Source: a bacterium
GTDB lineage: Bacteria; Zixibacteria; MSB-5A5; WJJR01
DNA length: 64,000 nucleotides
Assembly: GCA_021813505.1 (NCBI GenBank)
Contig: JAKAKI010000081.1
Span: forward strand, 65,409 to 129,408
Direction of reading: 5' to 3'
Made by a program: the position numbers and the translations under genes. Position 1 is the stretch's first letter. Each line of letters opens with the position of its first letter. Shown here in pieces: positions 26,367-35,749 of this stretch. A model generated the notes under the pieces. That model was not told the origin of the DNA, ran no database searches, and saw nothing but the letters and a program-made list of their open reading frames with translations.

Positions 26367-28613
26367 ATGAAACTTGGAGGAAGATGGGTCGGGCGCTTGT
26401 TGCTTGTGAGTATCTCGGTTTTGTTTGGATCCGTGACGGGGTTTGCAGGTTCGGTCATCGGAGAACCACCGCCAGAGGATCAGACCGCGCTAACTTGCAC
26501 CGGCGAAGATCCCGCGGACACCGCGACTATCGAGACAGCAACGGTTGCCCTTGGAGACATGGCTATCGTGCGCGTGCATGTTCAGAATACGGACTCTTTA
26601 CGAGGCTATGAATTGTCGTTTACGCTCCCTGAGAACCTGGGTTATGAGCCGGGTATTGACACGGTCATAGCCGGTCCGGGAGTACCAGAACCAGACATTA
26701 CCGGTGGTATCTCGTACAACTCGACAACGCGCCAGCTTACCGTGAGCCACCTCACAGCAGGCCCCTTATTCCCCCCACCGGGAATGAACGATGTGTTTCT
26801 GGAACTACATCTGAGCACTCATTGCATGAGCCAACACGGCGTCACGCTGCCCCTCACTTGGGGACCGGACGCCTGGCTCAGCACGAAAGACTGTGTAGCT
26901 GATAATATACTATCACTCACGGATGGCGCAATTGTGATTGACCCCATCAGCATCACCTTCGACATCTCGGAGGAGACGGCGCTGGTCGGCGACATCATCG
27001 ACGTTACCGTGAATTGTACTAACAGCTACTCGTTCGATGAGTTCTTGCACGCCTGGGTCCAGTACGACCCCAATATACTGTCTCCTGTGTATCCCTATGT
27101 GATCGAGACCGGACGCACAACGGGCGGACTGGATCAGCCTCTCCTCTTTGGTCCCTGGATAAAGGTCTCTGGAAGCAAGGCCGGGGGATATGGAACTTCG
27201 GCGGCCGATGGACCGGCCTTCTACAAGTTGCGGTTCCAGGTAATCTCTCCGGTCGATAACGACACGGGGCTTGTTTTCTGGCATCCGTACTACCTTTTCA
27301 CTTACGGAATGGATTGCCATCAGAACCTGGATTCTCTGATTCCGCCGCCCGTTCACCACGCCGACGGGTCAGTAACCGTGCCACCGTACCGGGCGCTCTT
27401 CGATTTCGGCGACACGGCGTGGAACAACCAGTCGCTGTGCGAGGTTCGGGTGCCGATTCGCTTGCGCAACAACTATCCACTGAACAATTTCTCACTCGTC
27501 GTCAATTACAGCGACAACTTCCTGGCGCCACTGGAGTTCGTGCGCGTCGAATCGTCAGACCCGCTGATTCCCCTCAGCGGCATGGATCGGAGTTGCGGCA
27601 CGGACCAGTATGCCTGGATTCAAACCACCAGTTCCGCATCGATCGATACATCGAGCGCACTGCGGACTGTTGGATGGATGGTCTTTCAGAATCGCTGGGA
27701 CGTACCGGTGCCGTTGACACACGCACTGCAATTGTCCGACTGTGCCGACTACGGGGACAGCACATGGGTCGAAACGCGCGATGTCGTTCGGCTTACGACT
27801 CGTTATCGCCTGGCCGATCCGCAGGTCGACGGAGACAGTGGGGTCATTACCGAAGATAACCCGCTCGCGCAGGTGAGCGTACCATCGGCTCAGGCCCGGT
27901 GGCGAAAGACCGGCGGGCGGCCCGGTTACTATGAGGGCTTCGCGTACTCCGGCGTCTACGCAAAGAGCAATGCTGACCTCGACAGTGTCTGGTTCACGTT
28001 AAGTTGGGATGCCAGCAGATTCTGTGTCAGATTTTCGGAGGTTTCACGGTTTGCGCACATCGTAACCGGAAACGGGACAGCTTATATCCGCGTCGACAGT
28101 CTGAAGACTTCGGCCCTATACCAGAAGTTCGCAACAATCAGAGTGGACAACAACTATGGCACCAATCAATCCGGGGGCTGGACCATCAGCAACGATTCGG
28201 CGCAAGGGGCTTGTGCCATCGGGCCCGTGACAACAACCGGAGTGGGCGGCAGCATCTTCCTTGGACCCGGCGGCTCCACCGCCTGCGCGATCTCACAACC
28301 ATCGGAAAACCTGATGAAGCTGTCCAACGTGCCCGAGCGCTTTGAGCTTCTGCAGAACTACCCGAATCCGTTCAATGCCTCGACCGTGATCAATTTCGAT
28401 CTCGCGGCGCCGGGTCAAACCACACTGGAGATCTACAACATCATGGGCCAGTTGGTGGCGAAACCATTCGACTCCTACACTGAGGCCGGACGTTACAGCA
28501 TCCGCTGGGATGGACGGGACGAACGTGGCCAGACGGCCGCATCCGGTGTCTATCTGTACCGTCTGCAGTCGGGGACGATGATCGCTACGAAGAAGATGGT
28601 GATTCTGAAGTAA
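26367..28613 (+). CDS. Secreted protein with tandem cohesin-like domains and a FlgD-Ig/Por-secretion-type C-terminal domain
   Basis: Signal peptide; 3-4 repeats of about 140 aa with the pattern GD...V.V...N.....(G/N).......YDP..L; C-terminal FELLQNYPNPFN...WDGRD...SGVYLYRL...KKMVILK. Confidence 0.75.
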   Translation: MKLGGRWVGRLLLVSISVLFGSVTGFAGSVIGEPPPEDQTALTCTGEDPADTATIETATVALGDMAIVRVHVQNTDSLRGYELSFTLPENLGYEPGIDTVIAGPGVPEPDITGGISYNSTTRQLTVSHLTAGPLFPPPGMNDVFLELHLSTHCMSQHGVTLPLTWGPDAWLSTKDCVADNILSLTDGAIVIDPISITFDISEETALVGDIIDVTVNCTNSYSFDEFLHAWVQYDPNILSPVYPYVIETGRTTGGLDQPLLFGPWIKVSGSKAGGYGTSAADGPAFYKLRFQVISPVDNDTGLVFWHPYYLFTYGMDCHQNLDSLIPPPVHHADGSVTVPPYRALFDFGDTAWNNQSLCEVRVPIRLRNNYPLNNFSLVVNYSDNFLAPLEFVRVESSDPLIPLSGMDRSCGTDQYAWIQTTSSASIDTSSALRTVGWMVFQNRWDVPVPLTHALQLSDCADYGDSTWVETRDVVRLTTRYRLADPQVDGDSGVITEDNPLAQVSVPSAQARWRKTGGRPGYYEGFAYSGVYAKSNADLDSVWFTLSWDASRFCVRFSEVSRFAHIVTGNGTAYIRVDSLKTSALYQKFATIRVDNNYGTNQSGGWTISNDSAQGACAIGPVTTTGVGGSIFLGPGGSTACAISQPSENLMKLSNVPERFELLQNYPNPFNASTVINFDLAAPGQTTLEIYNIMGQLVAKPFDSYTEAGRYSIRWDGRDERGQTAASGVYLYRLQSGTMIATKKMVILK

Positions 28614-28665
28614 TCCATTACTCGACCGCACTGCCGCTTGCTGCCAGGCATCAGCGGTGCGGGAG

Positions 28666-28704
28666 GCCGGGGGACGCTGCCACGCGTCTCCCGGCTATTT
28701 TTTT
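28666..28704 (+). terminator. Intrinsic terminator
   Basis: GCCGGGGGACGC..GCGTCTCCCGGC followed by TATTTTTTT. Confidence 0.75.
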
Positions 28705-28718
28705 GGGGGACGAGCGGG

Positions 28719-28750
28719 ATGGGATTGATGGGAAGAATGGGAAGAATGGC
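28719..28750. repeat. 9-nt periodic array (ATGGGANNN)
   Basis: atgggattg atgggaaga atgggaaga atggc. Confidence 0.65.
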
Positions 28751-28812
28751 AGCGACATTGGACGAATTTTGTGCTTCTGCGTTGAGCGGACGTGGCCGTA
28801 ATTGGGGGCTCT

Positions 28813-29448
28813 ATGGTGGGGGAGCAGCCGCATACCTCTTTTGCCCTGCAAATCGAGGGGTTGTCCAAGTCCTTTGGCAAGCGTGTGATCTGCCGGGGGG
28901 CGGCCCTGCGGTTGGCCACCGGGGAATCACTGGCCGTGGTGGGGCCCAATGGCTCTGGGAAGAGCACACTGGTCAAGATCGTCGCCGGGCTGATGCGGCC
29001 GGACGCGGGCACGATTACCCATTCATTCGGTTCGAGCGAGATTAAGCGGGAGGTATGGCACCGGCACATCGGGCTGGTCTCCCCCGAGCTCGCGCTCTAT
29101 GAGGAGTTAAGCGGCACCGAGAATTTGGACTTTGGGAATCGGGTTGGCGGCTGGGGTAAGATGGCGGCGGATTACGCGGCCGCTCTCGATGAAGTCGGTC
29201 TCGGAGGGCGCGGCAACGATCTGGTTTCGACCTATTCATCGGGAATGAAGCAACGGTTGAAGTATGCCGCGGCCTTTCTCAAGGATCCGGCGCTGCTGGT
29301 TCTCGATGAGCCCACCGCCAATCTGGATGAGGATGGTGTGGCGCGCGTGTGGTCGTCTCTGGCGCGGCGGACACTGGCGCTCATTATCGCGACCAATGAA
29401 CCCTCGGAGGCCGAGCGTGCCCAAAGCCGCTTCGTCGTCGGCCGATAG
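28813..29448 (+). CDS. ccmA: Heme exporter ATP-binding subunit CcmA
   Basis: GPNGSGKST, YSSGMKQRL, LDEPTANLD; overlaps ccmB. Confidence 0.85.
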   Translation: MVGEQPHTSFALQIEGLSKSFGKRVICRGAALRLATGESLAVVGPNGSGKSTLVKIVAGLMRPDAGTITHSFGSSEIKREVWHRHIGLVSPELALYEELSGTENLDFGNRVGGWGKMAADYAAALDEVGLGGRGNDLVSTYSSGMKQRLKYAAAFLKDPALLVLDEPTANLDEDGVARVWSSLARRTLALIIATNEPSEAERAQSRFVVGR

Positions 29449-30100
29449 AATCTGGGCGGTCTTCGCCAAGGATGCGCGTTCGGAGTACCGGACGCGGTTC
29501 GCGGTCAATGCCCTGTTTCTGTTCGCGCTGGTGACCTTGACGGCGCTGTCGTTTGCGACCGGGGGGGCGGGACTGACCCCGCTCTTGGCCTCAGTGTTCT
29601 TCTGGGTGATTGTCTTCTTCTCCGCTCTCTCTTCGCTGGCGCAAACATTTGTCAAGGAAGTCGAGACCAAGACGGCGACGTTTCTGCGGCTGACCGCTCC
29701 CGATGACGCCGTGTTCTTTGGCAAATGGGGATTCAATTTGCTTCTGCTCCTTCTCCTTGAGGTGGTGCTGACACCGTTGTTCATCGTGATGCTGAATATG
29801 CCGGTCGTCAACTGGACGGTTTGGATCGCGACGTTGATCCTGGGAGCTTTAGGGCTTGTATCGACAACGACGCTGATCGGCGCGCTGATCGCCGTGGCGG
29901 GTGTGCGTGGGGCGTTGTTCTCCGTGCTGTCGTTCCCGGTGCTGCTGCCGCTGCTGGTGGTGCTGATCCGGACGACCGAAGTGGCATTCGGTGGCGGGCT
30001 GGAGGCGGGGCTGCGGGACGGATTCCTCGTGTTGGGGGCGTACGCGGTGGTCGCGACGACGGCGGGGTGGATGTTGTTTCCGTTCGTGTGGCGGGAGTGA
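29417..30100 (+). CDS. ccmB: Heme exporter membrane subunit CcmB
   Basis: KDARSEYR, F.KE.E..T...LRL, GK, LSFPVLLPLL; about 6 TM; GGAGG RBS before GTG 29417. Confidence 0.88.
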   Translation: MPKAASSSADRIWAVFAKDARSEYRTRFAVNALFLFALVTLTALSFATGGAGLTPLLASVFFWVIVFFSALSSLAQTFVKEVETKTATFLRLTAPDDAVFFGKWGFNLLLLLLLEVVLTPLFIVMLNMPVVNWTVWIATLILGALGLVSTTTLIGALIAVAGVRGALFSVLSFPVLLPLLVVLIRTTEVAFGGGLEAGLRDGFLVLGAYAVVATTAGWMLFPFVWRE

Positions 30101-30143
30101 GGGCGATTCAATCCAAGTCGAATTCGGATAACCCCGCGCTTTA

Positions 30144-30368
30144 GCGCGTGTTGAAGAAGCCCTCCGAAAGGTGGCGACAGTTGCGTAAGGGTGAGGTTGC
30201 TTCGGCGCAAAGAGCCGCGCCTCGCAACGACATCACACTGGTCGTTGGCAACGCAGAGGCACAGTTGTCGTTGCGAGGAGCGCCTCCGCCGAAGGCGGAG
30301 GGAGCGACGAAGCAATCTCCCCCTTACACAACTGCTGCGATCTCGGGGACAAGTTTTTCAACAGGCCC
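30144..30368. mobile_element. 225-bp MITE-like element with 15-bp terminal inverted repeats and TTTA target duplication
   Basis: Left GCGCGTGTTGAAGAA / right TTTTTCAACAGGCCC; TTTA at 30140-30143 and 30369-30372; internal nested inverted repeats (GAGGTTGCTTCG..CTCGCAACGACA / TGTCGTTGCGAGG..CGAAGCAATCTC). Confidence 0.7.
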
Positions 30369-30673
30369 TTTAGCGCGGGGGTGCGGAGAGAGTAGATTTC
30401 CCCCCGTTCACTGTTGAACACACTCGCCTAGGTGCCCCGGCTGCCAAAGCCCCAAGTCAATGAAAATGGAGCGGTCGCAGCACCTCGCTAAAGCGAGGTG
30501 TTAATTGAGCAGGGGTCTGGGGAGATCCCGCGCGACGCTTTAGTTTATGTACCCCAAGCGCTTATGGTCTCGACCGTGTCAAAAACGACTTATTCGGACT
30601 TGAATTGGCTTTGGGGGAACGGTGATGTGTTTAATATTGGGGTTCGGTTCGACCGACTAAGGGTAGGGCGCCT

Positions 30674-31336
30674 ATGGGTATCGTCAGAATTGCCGCTGTG
30701 GTCTTGATAACGATTGTCATCATCGCTGCGTTTACCATTGCTCCTCCTCTGGCAGCAATGGGAACGAGCGGCGAGGCCTCGCGGATATTCTTCTTCCATG
30801 TGCCTATGGCGCAGGTGTCGTTTCTATCGTTTGTGGTGGCCGCGGTCTACGCGATCGTCTATTTGCGCACCCGCAAGACCGATCATGATCTGATCTCATC
30901 GGTGTCGGCGGAGCTCGGGCTGGTGTTCTCCATTGTCGCGATGATCACCGGATCGATCTGGGCCAAGCAGGCGTGGGGGGCGTACTGGAACTGGGATCCC
31001 CGCCAGTTATTCCTGTTTGTGCTTGTGCTGTTTTACGGCGCCTTCTTTGCTCTGCGGCAGGCGATTGTCCAGGCCGATGCGCGCCGTCGTCTGTCGGCGG
31101 TCTACTTGATTTTTGGCGGTGCGATCTCTCCCTTGTTGTTTTTCGTGCTGCCACGCATGTATCAGTCGTTGCACGAGGACGCGAACCAGGTTGTGGTCGC
31201 AACTCAGGGGAAATTCAACATGTCGGGGCCGGTGGCGACCGTGTTCATCACCTCGATTGCCGGCTTCCTTTGCCTCTATGTTTGGCTGCTCAAACTGGGG
31301 GTGGCGGCGGCGCGTATGCAGGAGGAGCAGGGCTGA
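30674..31336 (+). CDS. ccmC: Heme chaperone loader CcmC
   Basis: IFFFHVP, WWD motif TGSIWAKQAWGAYWNWDPR, SLH. Confidence 0.93.
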   Translation: MGIVRIAAVVLITIVIIAAFTIAPPLAAMGTSGEASRIFFFHVPMAQVSFLSFVVAAVYAIVYLRTRKTDHDLISSVSAELGLVFSIVAMITGSIWAKQAWGAYWNWDPRQLFLFVLVLFYGAFFALRQAIVQADARRRLSAVYLIFGGAISPLLFFVLPRMYQSLHEDANQVVVATQGKFNMSGPVATVFITSIAGFLCLYVWLLKLGVAAARMQEEQG

Positions 31337-31340
31337 ACCT

Positions 31341-31451
31341 ATGGATGCAAACTACATAGCGATGGTGGCGGTATTGATCACATGGGCGGGAATCGCCTTC
31401 TACCTTTGGCGGGTGGACCGTAGGGTGACCCGAGGGAGCAAAGCGGAATGA
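31341..31451 (+). CDS. ccmD: CcmD small membrane protein
   Basis: 36 aa MDANYIAMVAVLITWAGIAFYLWRVDRRV..., between ccmC and ccmE, ATGA overlap with ccmE. Confidence 0.75.
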   Translation: MDANYIAMVAVLITWAGIAFYLWRVDRRVTRGSKAE

Positions 31452-31864
31452 ACAAACGGTATGTAATCGGGATTGCGCTGATCGTGGTGTGCGGGATCGT
31501 CGGATTCACGGCCTTTCGCGGGTCGCTGACGCCGTACGTCGGATTCGCCGAGGCGCAACAGTTGACCCGCGCTTGCCAGGTGATGGGCGTCATCGAGAAG
31601 GACAAAGTGCGCTACGATTTGACGGCCGGCGAGCTCAAGTTCACCATCGTCGATGAGCAGGGGCACGTCCTGCCGGTGTCCTATCGCGGGGTCAAGCCGG
31701 GGAATTTCGACCAGGCGAAATCGGTGGTCTGCAATGGCCGAGTGGTTGACGGGACATTTCAGGCCGACCGGTTGCTCGTCAAATGCCCGTCCAAGTACCA
31801 GGGACTCGAGCAGGAAGGCGAGGAGAATCCCCACGAAACCAGCCCGGCGACCGGCGGAGTTTGA
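31448..31864 (+). CDS. ccmE: Heme chaperone CcmE, Cys-type (CPSKY) variant
   Basis: N-terminal TM, V.Y.G.KP..F, F.A..LLVKCPSKY. Confidence 0.93.
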   Translation: MNKRYVIGIALIVVCGIVGFTAFRGSLTPYVGFAEAQQLTRACQVMGVIEKDKVRYDLTAGELKFTIVDEQGHVLPVSYRGVKPGNFDQAKSVVCNGRVVDGTFQADRLLVKCPSKYQGLEQEGEENPHETSPATGGV

Positions 31865-31888
31865 GCCAGAGCCGGTTGAATCTTAGCG

Positions 31889-31914
31889 AAAGGCGCCCCC
31901 AGGGCGCCTTTTTT
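31889..31914 (+). terminator. Intrinsic terminator
   Basis: AAAGGCGCCC-cca-GGGCGCCTTTTTT. Confidence 0.85.
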
Positions 31915-32131
31915 GTTGGGCTCCATGCCGGGCTGAGTGTCGGAACCTGTTCGAACCAGACTGACTAGCCTGTCAGGATGCGTCAAACAGCCGGCCGGAT
32001 CCTCCTCTCCACCCTCTCCAAACACAGCCGTCATTTTCTCGCGGTGTGGGACAGAAGCCATAGAGCAAACCTGCCGATAATCCCAATGAGCTGCCCCCGT
32101 GCGGGCGCGACAGGATTGTCAAGGCAGAGGA

Positions 32132-33517
32132 ATGCGAAGGAACGCGCAAATCACACCGTCACCCGGACGGGCAAGACACCTTCCTGTTTCCGGCGAGACT
32201 GGGCCCGGCGCTGTGCAACTACGCATGGATCTCAAACGGGAGATTTTTGATCTCCATACGCTCTTTGAGATTCTGCGGGGATTCAGCGCGGTGCTGGATA
32301 CCTCTGCCCTGTTGGACGGAATCCTGCTGACCACGATCAGCCAGTTGGGCGTCGGCGCAGCGGCAATTGTCATCGAGACGCCGGGCCGGAACAACTTTCT
32401 GGGCATCAGCAAGTCAAAGGGCTGGCCAGACACAGATTCATCGCTCTGGGAACTCGACTTGAATTCCGGGTTCGCACGCCGGCTGGTGGAACACGCGCAG
32501 CCGGTGCTATTCGAAGATTTGCGGCGCCGTCTCGACTCGGCCTGGCCGCAGACACGGCTTCTGGAGCGGCTGGGTTGCGCGTTGATCGCACCAATGCATC
32601 GCCGCGAACGGTTGCGCGGGGTTCTCTACGTCTCCGGGCGGCTGAATGGACAGCCATTCAGCGAGACCGACCGCAAGTTTCTGGGACTGTTGGTCGAGCA
32701 GCTCACCGTTTCGATTGAAAACGCGGTGTTGTTCGAATCGGAGCGGCGTTACGCGCAGGACCTGATCAGCACGCGCGAGCAACTGGCCGAGAGCGAGCGA
32801 ATGGCGGCGCTGGGCCGGCTGTCGGCGGCGATTGCCCATGAAATCAACAACCCGCTCGGAATCATCCGAAACTATCTGCAATTGATCCGTGGGCATGTGC
32901 CGGACAACCAGCAGGCGGTGCGCGAACTTGACCAGGTGTCCTCGGAAGTCGACCGGATTGCACGCATTGTGCGCCAGTTGCTCGACGCCTACCGTCCGGA
33001 GACATCGCGTCCGGCGGCGGTGGACGTCGGGGAAGTCGTCCTCGAAGTCGTCCAGTTCCTGTCGCCGGAATTGCACCAACGCCGGATCGCAATCCATCCC
33101 GCGAGGCTTGAGAATCTTCCGCTGGTGATCGGCAGCACCGATGCGCTGCGCCAGGTATTCCTCAATCTGACATTGAACGCCCGCGATGCCATGCCGGGCG
33201 GCGGCGGGCTGTACATTCGCACCCAAGTCGACGAGCGATTCGTCGAAATCGAGATCGCCGACGAGGGCAAGGGCATCGCGTCGGAGAACATGCCGAGGCT
33301 GTTCGATCCCTTCTTTTCGACGAAGCCTTCGGGGCATGGATCGGGACTGGGACTTTCGATCTGCCGGGGAATCCTGGAAGGATTCGGCGGATCCATCGAG
33401 GCATCGAGCGCCCCGGGTCACGGCGCCTGCTTCCGGGTACGTTTCCGCCGGGTCGACGCGGCGCCGGAACTTAAGATAGATCAAACCGAAGTTGCTGTGG
33501 AGAGCGCCACCTCATGA
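32132..33517 (+). CDS. Cytoplasmic GAF-domain sensor histidine kinase (NtrB-like)
   Basis: GAF domain, H-box AAIAHEINNPL, N-box NLTLNARDA, DEGKGI, FDPFFSTK, GSGLGL; start uncertain (32132 or 32225). Confidence 0.9.
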   Translation: MRRNAQITPSPGRARHLPVSGETGPGAVQLRMDLKREIFDLHTLFEILRGFSAVLDTSALLDGILLTTISQLGVGAAAIVIETPGRNNFLGISKSKGWPDTDSSLWELDLNSGFARRLVEHAQPVLFEDLRRRLDSAWPQTRLLERLGCALIAPMHRRERLRGVLYVSGRLNGQPFSETDRKFLGLLVEQLTVSIENAVLFESERRYAQDLISTREQLAESERMAALGRLSAAIAHEINNPLGIIRNYLQLIRGHVPDNQQAVRELDQVSSEVDRIARIVRQLLDAYRPETSRPAAVDVGEVVLEVVQFLSPELHQRRIAIHPARLENLPLVIGSTDALRQVFLNLTLNARDAMPGGGGLYIRTQVDERFVEIEIADEGKGIASENMPRLFDPFFSTKPSGHGSGLGLSICRGILEGFGGSIEASSAPGHGACFRVRFRRVDAAPELKIDQTEVAVESATS

Positions 33518-35655
33518 ACGCTGCGGCCACCGGACAACCACTGACTGAACGGTCCAGGCGCACCGAGCGTTCGACGGGCCGGATTCTTATTGTGGACGAT
33601 GAGCCACGGATGACCGCATCGCTGCGCGCGCTGTTGTCCGAAGAAGGGCACCAGACAGAAGGCGCGCTGTCCGGCGAAGAGGCGATCAAGCGGATGCAGA
33701 GGACCGCCTACGACGTGCTGGTGGTTGATGTGCGCATGCCGGGTGTGGACGGGATGGATGTGCTGCGCGCGGCGCGGGCGCAGAATCCCGACCGGCCGGT
33801 GATCATGATGACGGCGTACGCGTCGCTGGAATCGGCCGTGAGCGCGATCAACGAGGGTGCCTACGACTATCTCGTCAAACCGATCGATCTGACCGAGATG
33901 AGGCTGACGGTACGGCGGGCGGTCGAGAAGCACCGTCTCAATCTGGCGCGGACCTCGCTGACCGAGGAACTGCAGGAGAAGAACCGGACATTGTCGCGGC
34001 GCGTGGTGGAACTCAATGCGCTTCACGAGGTCGGCGCGGCACTGTCGACGACCGGCGAGCTGGACCGTCTGTTGAAGTCGATTCTGAATCAGGCGATGGG
34101 TGTGATCGGGACCAATTATGGTTCAATCATGCTGCTCAATCCGGAGCGGGAGACGCTCTCGGTGGTGGCGTCGAGCGAGTCCGACGTCGACCGGTTTGAC
34201 CACGTCGAGGTGGCTGTTGGCGATTCGATCGCCGGCCATGTGACATCCACCGGCGATCCGATGATGATCGAAGACGTGGAAAGCGATCCCCGTTTCCGGC
34301 GCCGCAACCGGCCGCAATTCGAGACGAAATCACTGATCTGCGCACCACTGCGGACCCCGAATTCGATTCTGGGAGTGATCAACCTTTCGGACAAATGCGA
34401 TCATCTTCCTTTCACGCGTGAGGATTTGCGCCTGCTGGTGACGCTGGCGGCGCAGGCCGCGATGGCGATTGAAGACGCGCGTCATTTCCAGCAGGTACGC
34501 CGGCAACTGGACGAAGTGACGGCGTTGCACGAGCTCGCCAACCGCCTGGCGGAGGTCGAACGCACCGATCAGATGGTCGATGCGGTGTTCGACACGCTGG
34601 CACGTTTGACCAGTGGCGACAAAGTCCAATGGTGGGAGTGGCAGACTGACCGGGAGGGGATTGCCCTCGCCGCCTGTCGCGCGGGAACAGAGGGGAAGAC
34701 ACAGGTACAGCCGTTGTTTGCGGCCATTACGCAGGCGGAGTTGATGGATGACGCCTGCTGTGGGCAGACCGTGCTGAACCAGTTGCGCACGTCGGAGCCG
34801 CGTTGCTCTGTGGAGACCGTGCTAACAGTTCCGGTTCGGTCCTCAGAGCACCCGTTGGGCGTGTTTGTTGTGGGCCGTTGCCGGAAGTCTACGTTCTCCG
34901 ACCATGAGCGCCATCTGGTCGGTTTAGCCTGTTCACAGGCCGAGCGGATATTCGAACGGCAGCGTGCACTGCTCAACGCGACGCGACTGGTGACGATGGG
35001 GAAGATGATCTCGGAGATTTCGCACGACTTGCGCAAACCGCTGACGAATATCCGGGGGAGCCTGCAGGTATTGCGCGGCAAATCGGGATTGAGCGCGGAG
35101 ACCGGCGGGATTCTCGAGTCGGCCGATCACGAGATTGTCCGACTGGCAACGCTCGTGACCGAGCTGGTGGATTTCGCCAATCCGAAGCGGTACCGAACAG
35201 AGCGGCGCGACCTGGGGCCGATCTTGCGCCGGGCAGTGAGTCTGATCAACCGCGCGGCCACCAAACATGGGGTGACAGTGACGGTCGATTTCCCCGAACG
35301 GCTGCCGTCGATCTTTTGCGATGAGAATCAAATTATCGAGGCGATGCTCAATGTCCTGTCCAACGCGATCGATGCGATGGGCAAGGGTGGTAGCCTCACG
35401 GTCGGGGCCTCGGTCGATTCGGCCGGCGCCGATGGCGGGCAAAAGCTGGTCATCTCGATCCGTGACACCGGGCAGGGCATGCAAAAGAGTGAACTGAACC
35501 GGATATTCGAACGCTACTACACCACGAAGGCATCGGGCACCGGGCTGGGCCTGGCCATTGTCCAACGGATTGTCCGGGCGCACGCCGGAGAAGTTCGGGC
35601 GGACAGCACGCCGGGGAAGGGCACGACGTTCTACCTGGAACTGCCGGTACGATGA
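33514..35655 (+). CDS. REC-GAF-GAF histidine kinase
   Basis: Receiver ILIVDDE...DVRMPG...KP, two GAF domains, ISHDLRKPL, NAIDA, DTGQG, GTGLGL. Confidence 0.92.
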   Translation: MNAAATGQPLTERSRRTERSTGRILIVDDEPRMTASLRALLSEEGHQTEGALSGEEAIKRMQRTAYDVLVVDVRMPGVDGMDVLRAARAQNPDRPVIMMTAYASLESAVSAINEGAYDYLVKPIDLTEMRLTVRRAVEKHRLNLARTSLTEELQEKNRTLSRRVVELNALHEVGAALSTTGELDRLLKSILNQAMGVIGTNYGSIMLLNPERETLSVVASSESDVDRFDHVEVAVGDSIAGHVTSTGDPMMIEDVESDPRFRRRNRPQFETKSLICAPLRTPNSILGVINLSDKCDHLPFTREDLRLLVTLAAQAAMAIEDARHFQQVRRQLDEVTALHELANRLAEVERTDQMVDAVFDTLARLTSGDKVQWWEWQTDREGIALAACRAGTEGKTQVQPLFAAITQAELMDDACCGQTVLNQLRTSEPRCSVETVLTVPVRSSEHPLGVFVVGRCRKSTFSDHERHLVGLACSQAERIFERQRALLNATRLVTMGKMISEISHDLRKPLTNIRGSLQVLRGKSGLSAETGGILESADHEIVRLATLVTELVDFANPKRYRTERRDLGPILRRAVSLINRAATKHGVTVTVDFPERLPSIFCDENQIIEAMLNVLSNAIDAMGKGGSLTVGASVDSAGADGGQKLVISIRDTGQGMQKSELNRIFERYYTTKASGTGLGLAIVQRIVRAHAGEVRADSTPGKGTTFYLELPVR

Positions 35656-35749
35656 CCTGCACCGATCCACAAGTATGCCGCAATTTGCAGGTTTTGGCTT
35701 AAGTCTTTCACAGGATGACCGATAGCGCAATTAGGGAGACTTTTCGATC

